NCBI RefSeq assembly: GCF_009914755.1
Contig: NC_060930.1
DNA: 64,000 nt
Reading direction: 5' to 3' (one strand)
DNA from: the human T2T-CHM13v2.0 reference genome, Homo sapiens
Under the pieces are notes generated by a model. That model did not search any database, was not told where the DNA came from, and worked only from the letters and a program-made list of their open reading frames with translations. The position numbers were made by a program, and so were the translations under genes. Below, one piece after another: positions 1-12,000 of this stretch. The first letter of the stretch is position 1. Each line of letters opens with the position of its first letter.

Positions 1-286
1 ACCTCATTGTGATGTGTGCGTTCATCTCACAGAGTGGAGTCTTCCGTTTGATAGAGAAGTTTTGAAACCCTGTTCTTGTAGGATTTCCAAGTGGATATTT
101 AGACCACTTTGAAGCCTATGATAGAAAAGGAAACATCTTCATGGAAAACATAGATAGAATCATCCTCAGAAACAACTTTGTGATGTGTGCGTTGAACTCA
201 CCGTCTTTAACCTTTCTTTTGGTAGAGAAGTTTTGAAACACTCTCTTTGTAAAGTCTACAAGTGGATATTTTGAGCCCTTGGAGGC

Positions 287-303
287 ATTCTTTGGAAAAG
301 GGA
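287..303 (+). other. Degenerate CENP-B box, predicted non-binding; recurs in every HOR
   Basis: ATTCTTTGGAAAAGGGA, with both core CpGs lost. Confidence 0.8.
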
Positions 304-457
304 ATGTCTTCACATAAAAGGCAGACGGAAGTGTTCTCAGAAACTGCTTTGTGATGTCTGTGTTCAACTCACAGAGTTTAACATTTCCTTTGATAGAGCG
401 GTTTAGTAACCCTCTCTTTGTAGAATTTGGAAGTGTATACTAAGAGCGCTTTGAGGC

Positions 458-474
458 CTATGGTAGAAAAGGAA
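458..474 (+). other. A-type monomer box (pJalpha-like); 9 per HOR at ~116, 458, 798, 1138, 1475, 1984, 2323, 2662, 2833
   Basis: CTATGGTAGAAAAGGAA occupies the monomer position where B monomers carry the CENP-B box. Confidence 0.75.
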
Positions 475-628
475 ATATCTTTCCATAAAAGCTAGACAGA
501 AGCAATCTCAGAAACTCCTTTGCGATGTCTGCATTCAACTCACCGAGTGGAACATTCCTCTTGAGAGAGCAGTTTGGAAACACTCTTTCTGTAGAATCAG
601 CTTGTTTGTATTTGGACCTCCTTGAGGC

Positions 629-645
629 CTTCGTTGGAAACGGGT
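629..645 (+). promoter_or_regulatory. CENP-B box (core intact, terminal A>T); recurs in every HOR
   Basis: CTTCGTTGGAAACGGGT retains the TTCG----A--CGGG core. Confidence 0.85.
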
Positions 646-968
646 TTTCATCTTATAAACCCAGACAGAAGAATTCTCAGAGTCTTCTTTGTGATGTGTG
701 CTTTCAACTCACCGAGATAAAGATTTCTCTTGATAGAGCAATTTGGAAACACTCTTTTTGTAGAATTTGCAAGGGTACATTGAGAGCGCTTTCAGGCCTA
801 TGGTAGAAAAGGGAATATCTTTCCATAAAAGGTAGACAGAAGCAATCTCAGAAACTACTTTGTGATGTGTGCATTCAACTCACCGAGTGCAACGTTCCTC
901 TTGACCGAGCAGTTTGGAAACATTGTTTCTGTAGAATCTGCAAGTGGATATTTGGACCTCTTTGAGGC

Positions 969-985
969 CTTCATTGGAAACGGGA
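969..985 (+). promoter_or_regulatory. CENP-B box position; mutated in unit 1 (973 G>A), intact in the other units read (e.g. 4026-4042)
   Basis: CTTCATTGGAAACGGGA here versus CTTCGTTGGAAACGGGA in other units. Confidence 0.85.
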
Positions 986-1057
986 TTTCTTCCTATAAAC
1001 CCAGACAGAAGAATTCTCAGAGACTTCTTTGTGATGTGTGAATTCAACTCACAGTGT

Positions 1058-1063
1058 GGATCC
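1058..1063. other. BamHI site, one per HOR (defines a ~3-kb BamHI repeat)
   Basis: GGATCC within ACAGTGTGGATCCTTCC. No second site was noticed in the unit. Confidence 0.8.
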
Positions 1064-1308
1064 TTCCTTTTGATAGAGCAGTTTTGAAACCCTGTTTTTG
1101 TAGTATTTCCAAGCGGATATTCGGAACGCCTTGAAGCGTATGGTAGAAAAGGAAATATCTTCCCATAAAACCTAGACAGAACCAATCTCAGAAACGACTT
1201 TGTGATGTCTGCATTCAAGTCACAGAGTTGAACATTTCTCTTGATAGAGCAGTTTTGAAACCCTCTTTCTGAAGGATCTGCAAGTGGATATTTGGAACTC
1301 CTTTGGGT

Positions 1309-1325
1309 CTTCGTTGGAAACGGGA
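1309..1325 (+). promoter_or_regulatory. CENP-B box, canonical; recurs in every HOR
   Basis: CTTCGTTGGAAACGGGA. Confidence 0.92.
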
Positions 1326-1645
1326 TTTCTTCGTATAAATCTAGACAGAAGAATTCTCCGAAACTTCTTTGGTTGTGTGCATTCAAGTCACAGAGTGGAA
1401 CCTTCCTTTGGATAGAGCAGTTTGAAACGCCGTGGTTGTAGTATTTCCAAGCGGATATTAGAGCGCCTTGAGGCCTATGGTAGAAAAGGAAATATCTTCC
1501 CATAAAACCTAGACGGAAGCAATCTCAGAAACTACTGTGTGATGGCTGCATTCCACACACACGGTGGAACATTTCTCTTGATAGAGCAGTTTTGAAACAC
1601 TCTTTCTGTAGAATCTGCAAGTGGATAATTGGACCGCCTTGAGGC

Positions 1646-1662
1646 CTTCGTTGGAAACGGGA
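1646..1662 (+). promoter_or_regulatory. CENP-B box, canonical; absent from the 15-mer
   Basis: CTTCGTTGGAAACGGGA. Confidence 0.92.
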
Positions 1663-1814
1663 TTTCTTCATGTTACTCTAGATAGAAGAATTCTCAAACA
1701 CTGCTATGTGATGTTTGCATTCAAGTCACAGAGTGCAACATTCCTCTTGGTAGAGCAGTTGGGAAACACTCCTTTTGTAGAATCTGCAATGGGATATTTG
1801 GACTTCTTTGAGGC

Positions 1815-1831
1815 CTTCGTTGGAAACGGGA
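1815..1831 (+). promoter_or_regulatory. CENP-B box, canonical; absent from the 15-mer
   Basis: CTTCGTTGGAAACGGGA, only 169 bp after the previous box. Confidence 0.92.
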
Positions 1832-2154
1832 TTTCTTCGTATGAATCTAGACAGAAGAATTCTCAGAAACTTCCTTGTGATGTGTGCATTCAACTCAGCG
1901 AGTGGCACCTTCCTTTGGATACAGCAGTTTTGAAACACTGTTTTTGTAGTATTTCCAAGCGGATATTTAGAGCGCCTTGAAGCCTATGCTAGAAATGGAA
2001 ATATCTCCCCATAAAACCAAGACAGAAGCAATCTCAGAAACTAATGTGTGATGGCTGCATTCCACACACACGGTGGACCATTTCTCTTGATAGAGCAGTT
2101 TTGAAACACTCTTTCTGTAGAATCTGCAAGTGGATAATTGGACCTCCTAGAGGC

Positions 2155-2171
2155 CTTCGTTGGAAACGGGA
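2155..2171 (+). promoter_or_regulatory. CENP-B box, canonical; recurs in every HOR
   Basis: CTTCGTTGGAAACGGGA. Confidence 0.92.
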
Positions 2172-2493
2172 TTTCTTCATCTAAACCTACAGAGAAGAAT
2201 TCTCAGTAACTTCTTCGGATGTGTGCATTCGACGCACAGAATGGAACATTCCCTTTGATAGAGCAGTTTTGAGACACCGTTTTTGTAGAATTCCCAAGTG
2301 GATATTTAGAGCACTTTGAAGTCTCTGCTAGAAAAGGAAACATCTTCATGTAAAAAGTAGATAGAATCGTTCTCAGAAAGTGCTTAGTGACGTGTGCGTT
2401 CAACTCACAGAGTTTAACGTTTCTTTTGATAGAGCGTTTCTGAAACACCCTTCTTGTAGTAGCTGCAAGTGGATATTTGGACCTATTGGAGGC

Positions 2494-2510
2494 CTTCTTT
2501 GGAAATGGGA
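2494..2510 (+). other. Degenerate CENP-B box, predicted non-binding; recurs in every HOR
   Basis: CTTCTTTGGAAATGGGA, with both core CpGs lost. The second CpG is retained in the 15-mer copy at 60082. Confidence 0.8.
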
Positions 2511-3003
2511 TTTCTTCATGTAACTCTAGATTGAAGAGTTCTCAGAAACTCCTTTGTGATGTGTGCATTCAATTCAAAGAGTGAAACCTCCCTTTTCACA
2601 GAGCAGTTTTGAAACACTGTTTTTGTAGGATTTCCAAGGGGATATTTATAGCGCATTGAGCCTACGGCGGAAAAAGAAACATCTTCCTATAAAAACTAGA
2701 CAGAATACTTCTCAGAATCTGCTTTGCGATGTGTGCGTTCAACTCACAGAGTAAAACTTTTCTTTTGATAGAGCAGTTTTGAAACACTCTTTTTGTAGTA
2801 TTTGCATGTGTATATTTAGAGCGCATTGAAGCCCACAGTAGAAAAGGAAATAACTTCACCTAAAACCTAGACAGAAGCAATCTCAGAAACTACTTTGTGA
2901 TGTGTACATTCAACTCACAGAGTGGAACTTTCCTCTTTATAGAGCAGTGTTGAAACACTCTTTTTGTAGAAACTGCAAGTGGATATTTGGACCTCTTTGA
3001 GGC

Positions 3004-3020
3004 CTTCGTTGGAAACGGGA
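3004..3020 (+). promoter_or_regulatory. CENP-B box, canonical; recurs in every HOR
   Basis: CTTCGTTGGAAACGGGA. Confidence 0.92.
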
Positions 3021-6000
3021 TTTCTTCCTATAACCCTAGACAGAAGAATTTTCAGAAACCTCATTGTGATGTGTGCGTTCATCTCACAGAGTGGAGTCTT
3101 CCGTTTGATAGAGAAGTTTTGAAACCCTGTTCTTGTAGGATTTCCAAGTGGATATTTAGACCACTTTGAAGCCTATGATAGAAAAGGAAACATCTTCATG
3201 GAAAACATAGATAGAATCATCCTCAGAAACAACTTTGTGATGTGTGCGTTGAACTCACCGTCTTTAACCTTTCTTTTGGTAGAGAAGTTTTGAAACACTC
3301 TCTTTGTAAAGTCTACAAGTGGATATTTTGAGCCCTTGGAGGCATTCTTTGGAAAAGGGAATGTCTTCACATAAAAGGCAGACGGAAGTGTTCTCAGAAA
3401 CTGCTTTGTGATGTCTGTGTTCAACTCACAGAGTTTAACATTTCCTTTGATAGAGCGGTTTAGTAACCCTCTCTTTGTAGAATTTGGAAGTGTATACTAA
3501 GAGCGCTTTGAGGCCTATGGTAGAAAAGGAAATATCTTTCCATAAAAGCTAGACAGAAGCAATCTCAGAAACTCCTTTGCGATGTCTGCATTCAACTCAC
3601 CGAGTGGAACATTCCTCTTGAGAGAGCAGTTTGGAAACACTCTTTCTGTAGAATCAGCTTGTTTGTATTTGGACCTCCTTGAGGCCTTCGTTGGAAACGG
3701 GTTTTCATCTTATAAACCCAGACAGAAGAATTCTCAGAGTCTTCTTTGTGATGTGTGCTTTCAACTCACCGAGATAAAGATTTCTCTTGATAGAGCAATT
3801 TGGAAACACTCTTTTTGTAGAATTTGCAAGGGTACATTGAGAGCGCTTTCAGGCCTATGGTAGAAAAGGGAATATCTTTCCATAAAAGGTAGACAGAAGC
3901 AATCTCAGAAACTACTTTGTGATGTGTGCATTCAACTCACCGAGTGCAACGTTCCTCTTGACCGAGCAGTTTGGAAACATTGTTTCTGTAGAATCTGCAA
4001 GTGGATATTTGGACCTCTTTGAGGCCTTCGTTGGAAACGGGATTTCTTCCTATAAACCCAGACAGAAGAATTCTCAGAGACTTCTTTGTGATGTGTGAAT
4101 TCAACTCACAGTGTGGATCCTTCCTTTTGATAGAGCAGTTTTGAAACCCTGTTTTTGTAGTATTTCCAAGCGGATATTTGGAACGCCTTGAAGCGTATGG
4201 TAGAAAAGGAAATATCTTCCCATAAAACCTAGACAGAACCAATCTCAGAAACGACTTTGTGATGTCTGCATTCAAGTCACAGAGTTGAACATTTCTCTTG
4301 ATAGAGCAGTTTTGAAACCCTCTTTCTGAAGGATCTGCAAGTGGATATTTGGAACTCCTTTGGGTCTTCGTTGGAAACGGGATTTCTTCGTATAAATCTA
4401 GACAGAAGAATTCTCCGAAACTTCTTTGGTTGTGTGCATTCAAGTCACAGAGTGGAACCTTCCTTTGGATAGAGCAGTTTGAAACGCCGTGGTTGTAGTA
4501 TTTCCAAGCGGATATTAGAGCGCCTTGAGGCCTATGGTAGAAAAGGAAATATCTTCCCATAAAACCTAGACGGAAGCAATCTCAGAAACTACTGTGTGAT
4601 GGCTGCATTCCACACACACGGTGGAACATTTCTCTTGATAGAGCAGTTTTGAAACACTCTTTCTGTAGAATCTGCAAGTGGATAATTGGACCGCCTTGAG
4701 GCCTTCGTTGGAAACGGGATTTCTTCATGTTACTCTAGATAGAAGAATTCTCAAACACTGCTATGTGATGTTTGCATTCAAGTCACAGAGTGCAACATTC
4801 CTCTTGGTAGAGCAGTTGGGAAACACTCCTTTTGTAGAATCTGCAATGGGATATTTGGACTTCTTTGAGGCCTTCGTTGGAAACGGGATTTCTTCGTATG
4901 AATCTAGACAGAAGAATTCTCAGAAACTTCCTTGTGATGTGTGCATTCAACTCAGCGAGTGGCACCTTCCTTTGGATACAGCAGTTTTGAAACACTGTTT
5001 TTGTAGTATTTCCAAGCGGATATTTAGAGCGCCTTGAAGCCTATGCTAGAAATGGAAATATCTCCCCATAAAACCAAGACAGAAGCAATCTCAGAAACTA
5101 ATGTGTGATGGCTGCATTCCACACACACGGTGGACCATTTCTCTTGATAGAGCAGTTTTGAAACACTCTTTCTGTAGAATCTGCAAGTGGATAATTGGAC
5201 CTCCTAGAGGCCTTCGTTGGAAACGGGATTTCTTCATCTAAACCTACAGAGAAGAATTCTCAGTAACTTCTTCGGATGTGTGCATTCGACGCACAGAATG
5301 GAACATTCCCTTTGATAGAGCAGTTTTGAGACACCGTTTTTGTAGAATTCCCAAGTGGATATTTAGAGCACTTTGAAGTCTCTGCTAGAAAAGGAAACAT
5401 CTTCATGTAAAAAGTAGATAGAATCGTTCTCAGAAAGTGCTTAGTGACGTGTGCGTTCAACTCACAGAGTTTAACGTTTCTTTTGATAGAGCGTTTCTGA
5501 AACACCCTTCTTGTAGTAGCTGCAAGTGGATATTTGGACCTATTGGAGGCCTTCTTTGGAAATGGGATTTCTTCATGTAACTCTAGATTGAAGAGTTCTC
5601 AGAAACTCCTTTGTGATGTGTGCATTCAATTCAAAGAGTGAAACCTCCCTTTTCACAGAGCAGTTTTGAAACACTGTTTTTGTAGGATTTCCAAGGGGAT
5701 ATTTATAGCGCATTGAGCCTACGGCGGAAAAAGAAACATCTTCCTATAAAAACTAGACAGAATACTTCTCAGAATCTGCTTTGCGATGTGTGCGTTCAAC
5801 TCACAGAGTAAAACTTTTCTTTTGATAGAGCAGTTTTGAAACACTCTTTTTGTAGTATTTGCATGTGTATATTTAGAGCGCATTGAAGCCCACAGTAGAA
5901 AAGGAAATAACTTCACCTAAAACCTAGACAGAAGCAATCTCAGAAACTACTTTGTGATGTGTACATTCAACTCACAGAGTGGAACTTTCCTCTTTATAGA

Positions 6001-9000
6001 GCAGTGTTGAAACACTCTTTTTGTAGAAACTGCAAGTGGATATTTGGACCTCTTTGAGGCCTTCGTTGGAAACGGGATTTCTTCCTATAACCCTAGACAG
6101 AAGAATTTTCAGAAACCTCATTGTGATGTGTGCGTTCATCTCACAGAGTGGAGTCTTCCGTTTGATAGAGAAGTTTTGAAACCCTGTTCTTGTAGGATTT
6201 CCAAGTGGATATTTAGACCACTTTGAAGCCTATGATAGAAAAGGAAACATCTTCATGGAAAACATAGATAGAATCATCCTCAGAAACAACTTTGTGATGT
6301 GTGCGTTGAACTCACCGTCTTTAACCTTTCTTTTGGTAGAGAAGTTTTGAAACACTCTCTTTGTAAAGTCTACAAGTGGATATTTTGAGCCCTTGGAGGC
6401 ATTCTTTGGAAAAGGGAATGTCTTCACATAAAAGGCAGACGGAAGTGTTCTCAGAAACTGCTTTGTGATGTCTGTGTTCAACTCACAGAGTTTAACATTT
6501 CCTTTGATAGAGCGGTTTAGTAACCCTCTCTTTGTAGAATTTGGAAGTGTATACTAAGAGCGCTTTGAGGCCTATGGTAGAAAAGGAAATATCTTTCCAT
6601 AAAAGCTAGACAGAAGCAATCTCAGAAACTCCTTTGCGATGTCTGCATTCAACTCACCGAGTGGAACATTCCTCTTGAGAGAGCAGTTTGGAAACACTCT
6701 TTCTGTAGAATCAGCTTGTTTGTATTTGGACCTCCTTGAGGCCTTCGTTGGAAACGGGTTTTCATCTTATAAACCCAGACAGAAGAATTCTCAGAGTCTT
6801 CTTTGTGATGTGTGCTTTCAACTCACCGAGATAAAGATTTCTCTTGATAGAGCAATTTGGAAACACTCTTTTTGTAGAATTTGCAAGGGTACATTGAGAG
6901 CGCTTTCAGGCCTATGGTAGAAAAGGGAATATCTTTCCATAAAAGGTAGACAGAAGCAATCTCAGAAACTACTTTGTGATGTGTGCATTCAACTCACCGA
7001 GTGCAACGTTCCTCTTGACCGAGCAGTTTGGAAACATTGTTTCTGTAGAATCTGCAAGTGGATATTTGGACCTCTTTGAGGCCTTCGTTGGAAACGGGAT
7101 TTCTTCCTATAAACCCAGACAGAAGAATTCTCAGAGACTTCTTTGTGATGTGTGAATTCAACTCACAGTGTGGATCCTTCCTTTTGATAGAGCAGTTTTG
7201 AAACCCTGTTTTTGTAGTATTTCCAAGCGGATATTTGGAACGCCTTGAAGCGTATGGTAGAAAAGGAAATATCTTCCCATAAAACCTAGACAGAACCAAT
7301 CTCAGAAACGACTTTGTGATGTCTGCATTCAAGTCACAGAGTTGAACATTTCTCTTGATAGAGCAGTTTTGAAACCCTCTTTCTGAAGGATCTGCAAGTG
7401 GATATTTGGAACTCCTTTGGGTCTTCGTTGGAAACGGGATTTCTTCGTATAAATCTAGACAGAAGAATTCTCCGAAACTTCTTTGGTTGTGTGCATTCAA
7501 GTCACAGAGTGGAACCTTCCTTTGGATAGAGCAGTTTGAAACGCCGTGGTTGTAGTATTTCCAAGCGGATATTAGAGCGCCTTGAGGCCTATGGTAGAAA
7601 AGGAAATATCTTCCCATAAAACCTAGACGGAAGCAATCTCAGAAACTACTGTGTGATGGCTGCATTCCACACACACGGTGGAACATTTCTCTTGATAGAG
7701 CAGTTTTGAAACACTCTTTCTGTAGAATCTGCAAGTGGATAATTGGACCGCCTTGAGGCCTTCGTTGGAAACGGGATTTCTTCATGTTACTCTAGATAGA
7801 AGAATTCTCAAACACTGCTATGTGATGTTTGCATTCAAGTCACAGAGTGCAACATTCCTCTTGGTAGAGCAGTTGGGAAACACTCCTTTTGTAGAATCTG
7901 CAATGGGATATTTGGACTTCTTTGAGGCCTTCGTTGGAAACGGGATTTCTTCGTATGAATCTAGACAGAAGAATTCTCAGAAACTTCCTTGTGATGTGTG
8001 CATTCAACTCAGCGAGTGGCACCTTCCTTTGGATACAGCAGTTTTGAAACACTGTTTTTGTAGTATTTCCAAGCGGATATTTAGAGCGCCTTGAAGCCTA
8101 TGCTAGAAATGGAAATATCTCCCCATAAAACCAAGACAGAAGCAATCTCAGAAACTAATGTGTGATGGCTGCATTCCACACACACGGTGGACCATTTCTC
8201 TTGATAGAGCAGTTTTGAAACACTCTTTCTGTAGAATCTGCAAGTGGATAATTGGACCTCCTAGAGGCCTTCGTTGGAAACGGGATTTCTTCATCTAAAC
8301 CTACAGAGAAGAATTCTCAGTAACTTCTTCGGATGTGTGCATTCGACGCACAGAATGGAACATTCCCTTTGATAGAGCAGTTTTGAGACACCGTTTTTGT
8401 AGAATTCCCAAGTGGATATTTAGAGCACTTTGAAGTCTCTGCTAGAAAAGGAAACATCTTCATGTAAAAAGTAGATAGAATCGTTCTCAGAAAGTGCTTA
8501 GTGACGTGTGCGTTCAACTCACAGAGTTTAACGTTTCTTTTGATAGAGCGTTTCTGAAACACCCTTCTTGTAGTAGCTGCAAGTGGATATTTGGACCTAT
8601 TGGAGGCCTTCTTTGGAAATGGGATTTCTTCATGTAACTCTAGATTGAAGAGTTCTCAGAAACTCCTTTGTGATGTGTGCATTCAATTCAAAGAGTGAAA
8701 CCTCCCTTTTCACAGAGCAGTTTTGAAACACTGTTTTTGTAGGATTTCCAAGGGGATATTTATAGCGCATTGAGCCTACGGCGGAAAAAGAAACATCTTC
8801 CTATAAAAACTAGACAGAATACTTCTCAGAATCTGCTTTGCGATGTGTGCGTTCAACTCACAGAGTAAAACTTTTCTTTTGATAGAGCAGTTTTGAAACA
8901 CTCTTTTTGTAGTATTTGCATGTGTATATTTAGAGCGCATTGAAGCCCACAGTAGAAAAGGAAATAACTTCACCTAAAACCTAGACAGAAGCAATCTCAG

Positions 9001-12000
9001 AAACTACTTTGTGATGTGTACATTCAACTCACAGAGTGGAACTTTCCTCTTTATAGAGCAGTGTTGAAACACTCTTTTTGTAGAAACTGCAAGTGGATAT
9101 TTGGACCTCTTTGAGGCCTTCGTTGGAAACGGGATTTCTTCCTATAACCCTAGACAGAAGAATTTTCAGAAACCTCATTGTGATGTGTGCGTTCATCTCA
9201 CAGAGTGGAGTCTTCCGTTTGATAGAGAAGTTTTGAAACCCTGTTCTTGTAGGATTTCCAAGTGGATATTTAGACCACTTTGAAGCCTATGATAGAAAAG
9301 GAAACATCTTCATGGAAAACATAGATAGAATCATCCTCAGAAACAACTTTGTGATGTGTGCGTTGAACTCACCGTCTTTAACCTTTCTTTTGGTAGAGAA
9401 GTTTTGAAACACTCTCTTTGTAAAGTCTACAAGTGGATATTTTGAGCCCTTGGAGGCATTCTTTGGAAAAGGGAATGTCTTCACATAAAAGGCAGACGGA
9501 AGTGTTCTCAGAAACTGCTTTGTGATGTCTGTGTTCAACTCACAGAGTTTAACATTTCCTTTGATAGAGCGGTTTAGTAACCCTCTCTTTGTAGAATTTG
9601 GAAGTGTATACTAAGAGCGCTTTGAGGCCTATGGTAGAAAAGGAAATATCTTTCCATAAAAGCTAGACAGAAGCAATCTCAGAAACTCCTTTGCGATGTC
9701 TGCATTCAACTCACCGAGTGGAACATTCCTCTTGAGAGAGCAGTTTGGAAACACTCTTTCTGTAGAATCAGCTTGTTTGTATTTGGACCTCCTTGAGGCC
9801 TTCGTTGGAAACGGGTTTTCATCTTATAAACCCAGACAGAAGAATTCTCAGAGTCTTCTTTGTGATGTGTGCTTTCAACTCACCGAGATAAAGATTTCTC
9901 TTGATAGAGCAATTTGGAAACACTCTTTTTGTAGAATTTGCAAGGGTACATTGAGAGCGCTTTCAGGCCTATGGTAGAAAAGGGAATATCTTTCCATAAA
10001 AGGTAGACAGAAGCAATCTCAGAAACTACTTTGTGATGTGTGCATTCAACTCACCGAGTGCAACGTTCCTCTTGACCGAGCAGTTTGGAAACATTGTTTC
10101 TGTAGAATCTGCAAGTGGATATTTGGACCTCTTTGAGGCCTTCGTTGGAAACGGGATTTCTTCCTATAAACCCAGACAGAAGAATTCTCAGAGACTTCTT
10201 TGTGATGTGTGAATTCAACTCACAGTGTGGATCCTTCCTTTTGATAGAGCAGTTTTGAAACCCTGTTTTTGTAGTATTTCCAAGCGGATATTCGGAACGC
10301 CTTGAAGCGTATGGTAGAAAAGGAAATATCTTCCCATAAAACCTAGACAGAACCAATCTCAGAAACGACTTTGTGATGTCTGCATTCAAGTCACAGAGTT
10401 GAACATTTCTCTTGATAGAGCAGTTTTGAAACCCTCTTTCTGAAGGATCTGCAAGTGGATATTTGGAACTCCTTTGGGTCTTCGTTGGAAACGGGATTTC
10501 TTCGTATAAATCTAGACAGAAGAATTCTCCGAAACTTCTTTGGTTGTGTGCATTCAAGTCACAGAGTGGAACCTTCCTTTGGATAGAGCAGTTTGAAACG
10601 CCGTGGTTGTAGTATTTCCAAGCGGATATTAGAGCGCCTTGAGGCCTATGGTAGAAAAGGAAATATCTTCCCATAAAACCTAGACGGAAGCAATCTCAGA
10701 AACTACTGTGTGATGGCTGCATTCCACACACACGGTGGAACATTTCTCTTGATAGAGCAGTTTTGAAACACTCTTTCTGTAGAATCTGCAAGTGGATAAT
10801 TGGACCGCCTTGAGGCCTTCGTTGGAAACGGGATTTCTTCATGTTACTCTAGATAGAAGAATTCTCAAACACTGCTATGTGATGTTTGCATTCAAGTCAC
10901 AGAGTGCAACATTCCTCTTGGTAGAGCAGTTGGGAAACACTCCTTTTGTAGAATCTGCAATGGGATATTTGGACTTCTTTGAGGCCTTCGTTGGAAACGG
11001 GATTTCTTCGTATGAATCTAGACAGAAGAATTCTCAGAAACTTCCTTGTGATGTGTGCATTCAACTCAGCGAGTGGCACCTTCCTTTGGATACAGCAGTT
11101 TTGAAACACTGTTTTTGTAGTATTTCCAAGCGGATATTTAGAGCGCCTTGAAGCCTATGCTAGAAATGGAAATATCTCCCCATAAAACCAAGACAGAAGC
11201 AATCTCAGAAACTAATGTGTGATGGCTGCATTCCACACACACGGTGGACCATTTCTCTTGATAGAGCAGTTTTGAAACACTCTTTCTGTAGAATCTGCAA
11301 GTGGATAATTGGACCTCCTAGAGGCCTTCGTTGGAAACGGGATTTCTTCATCTAAACCTACAGAGAAGAATTCTCAGTAACTTCTTCGGATGTGTGCATT
11401 CGACGCACAGAATGGAACATTCCCTTTGATAGAGCAGTTTTGAGACACCGTTTTTGTAGAATTCCCAAGTGGATATTTAGAGCACTTTGAAGTCTCTGCT
11501 AGAAAAGGAAACATCTTCATGTAAAAAGTAGATAGAATCGTTCTCAGAAAGTGCTTAGTGACGTGTGCGTTCAACTCACAGAGTTTAACGTTTCTTTTGA
11601 TAGAGCGTTTCTGAAACACCCTTCTTGTAGTAGCTGCAAGTGGATATTTGGACCTATTGGAGGCCTTCTTTGGAAATGGGATTTCTTCATGTAACTCTAG
11701 ATTGAAGAGTTCTCAGAAACTCCTTTGTGATGTGTGCATTCAATTCAAAGAGTGAAACCTCCCTTTTCACAGAGCAGTTTTGAAACACTGTTTTTGTAGG
11801 ATTTCCAAGGGGATATTTATAGCGCATTGAGCCTACGGCGGAAAAAGAAACATCTTCCTATAAAAACTAGACAGAATACTTCTCAGAATCTGCTTTGCGA
11901 TGTGTGCATTCAACTCACAGAGTAAAACTTTTCTTTTGATAGAGCAGTTTTGAAACACTCTTTTTGTAGTATTTGCATGTGTATATTTAGAGCGCATTGA

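Noticed and set aside
880-1503. 207-aa minus-strand ORF and all other 60-119-aa ORFs repeating every 3057 bp
   Set aside because: These are translations of alphoid monomers with internally repeating pseudo-motifs (FQNCSIKR, NAHITK). They have no recognisable domain and mostly non-ATG starts, and they appear or vanish with single SNVs.
1552-1563. (CA)n-like run TCCACACACACG
   Set aside because: It has only ~4 repeat units and is invariant across HORs, so it is a monomer variant and not a microsatellite locus.
629-2171. CRISPR-like pattern: conserved 17-30-bp motif at regular spacing
   Set aside because: The motif is the CENP-B box. The 'spacers' are homologous satellite monomers repeated in every HOR, and there are no cas genes or leader.
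2946-2959. Short dyads such as AGTGTT-GA-AACACT and TTGTAGA-A-TCTGCAA
   Set aside because: Stems of 6-7 bp are an ordinary, already-discussed feature of alpha satellite. There is no evidence here for a terminator or structured RNA.
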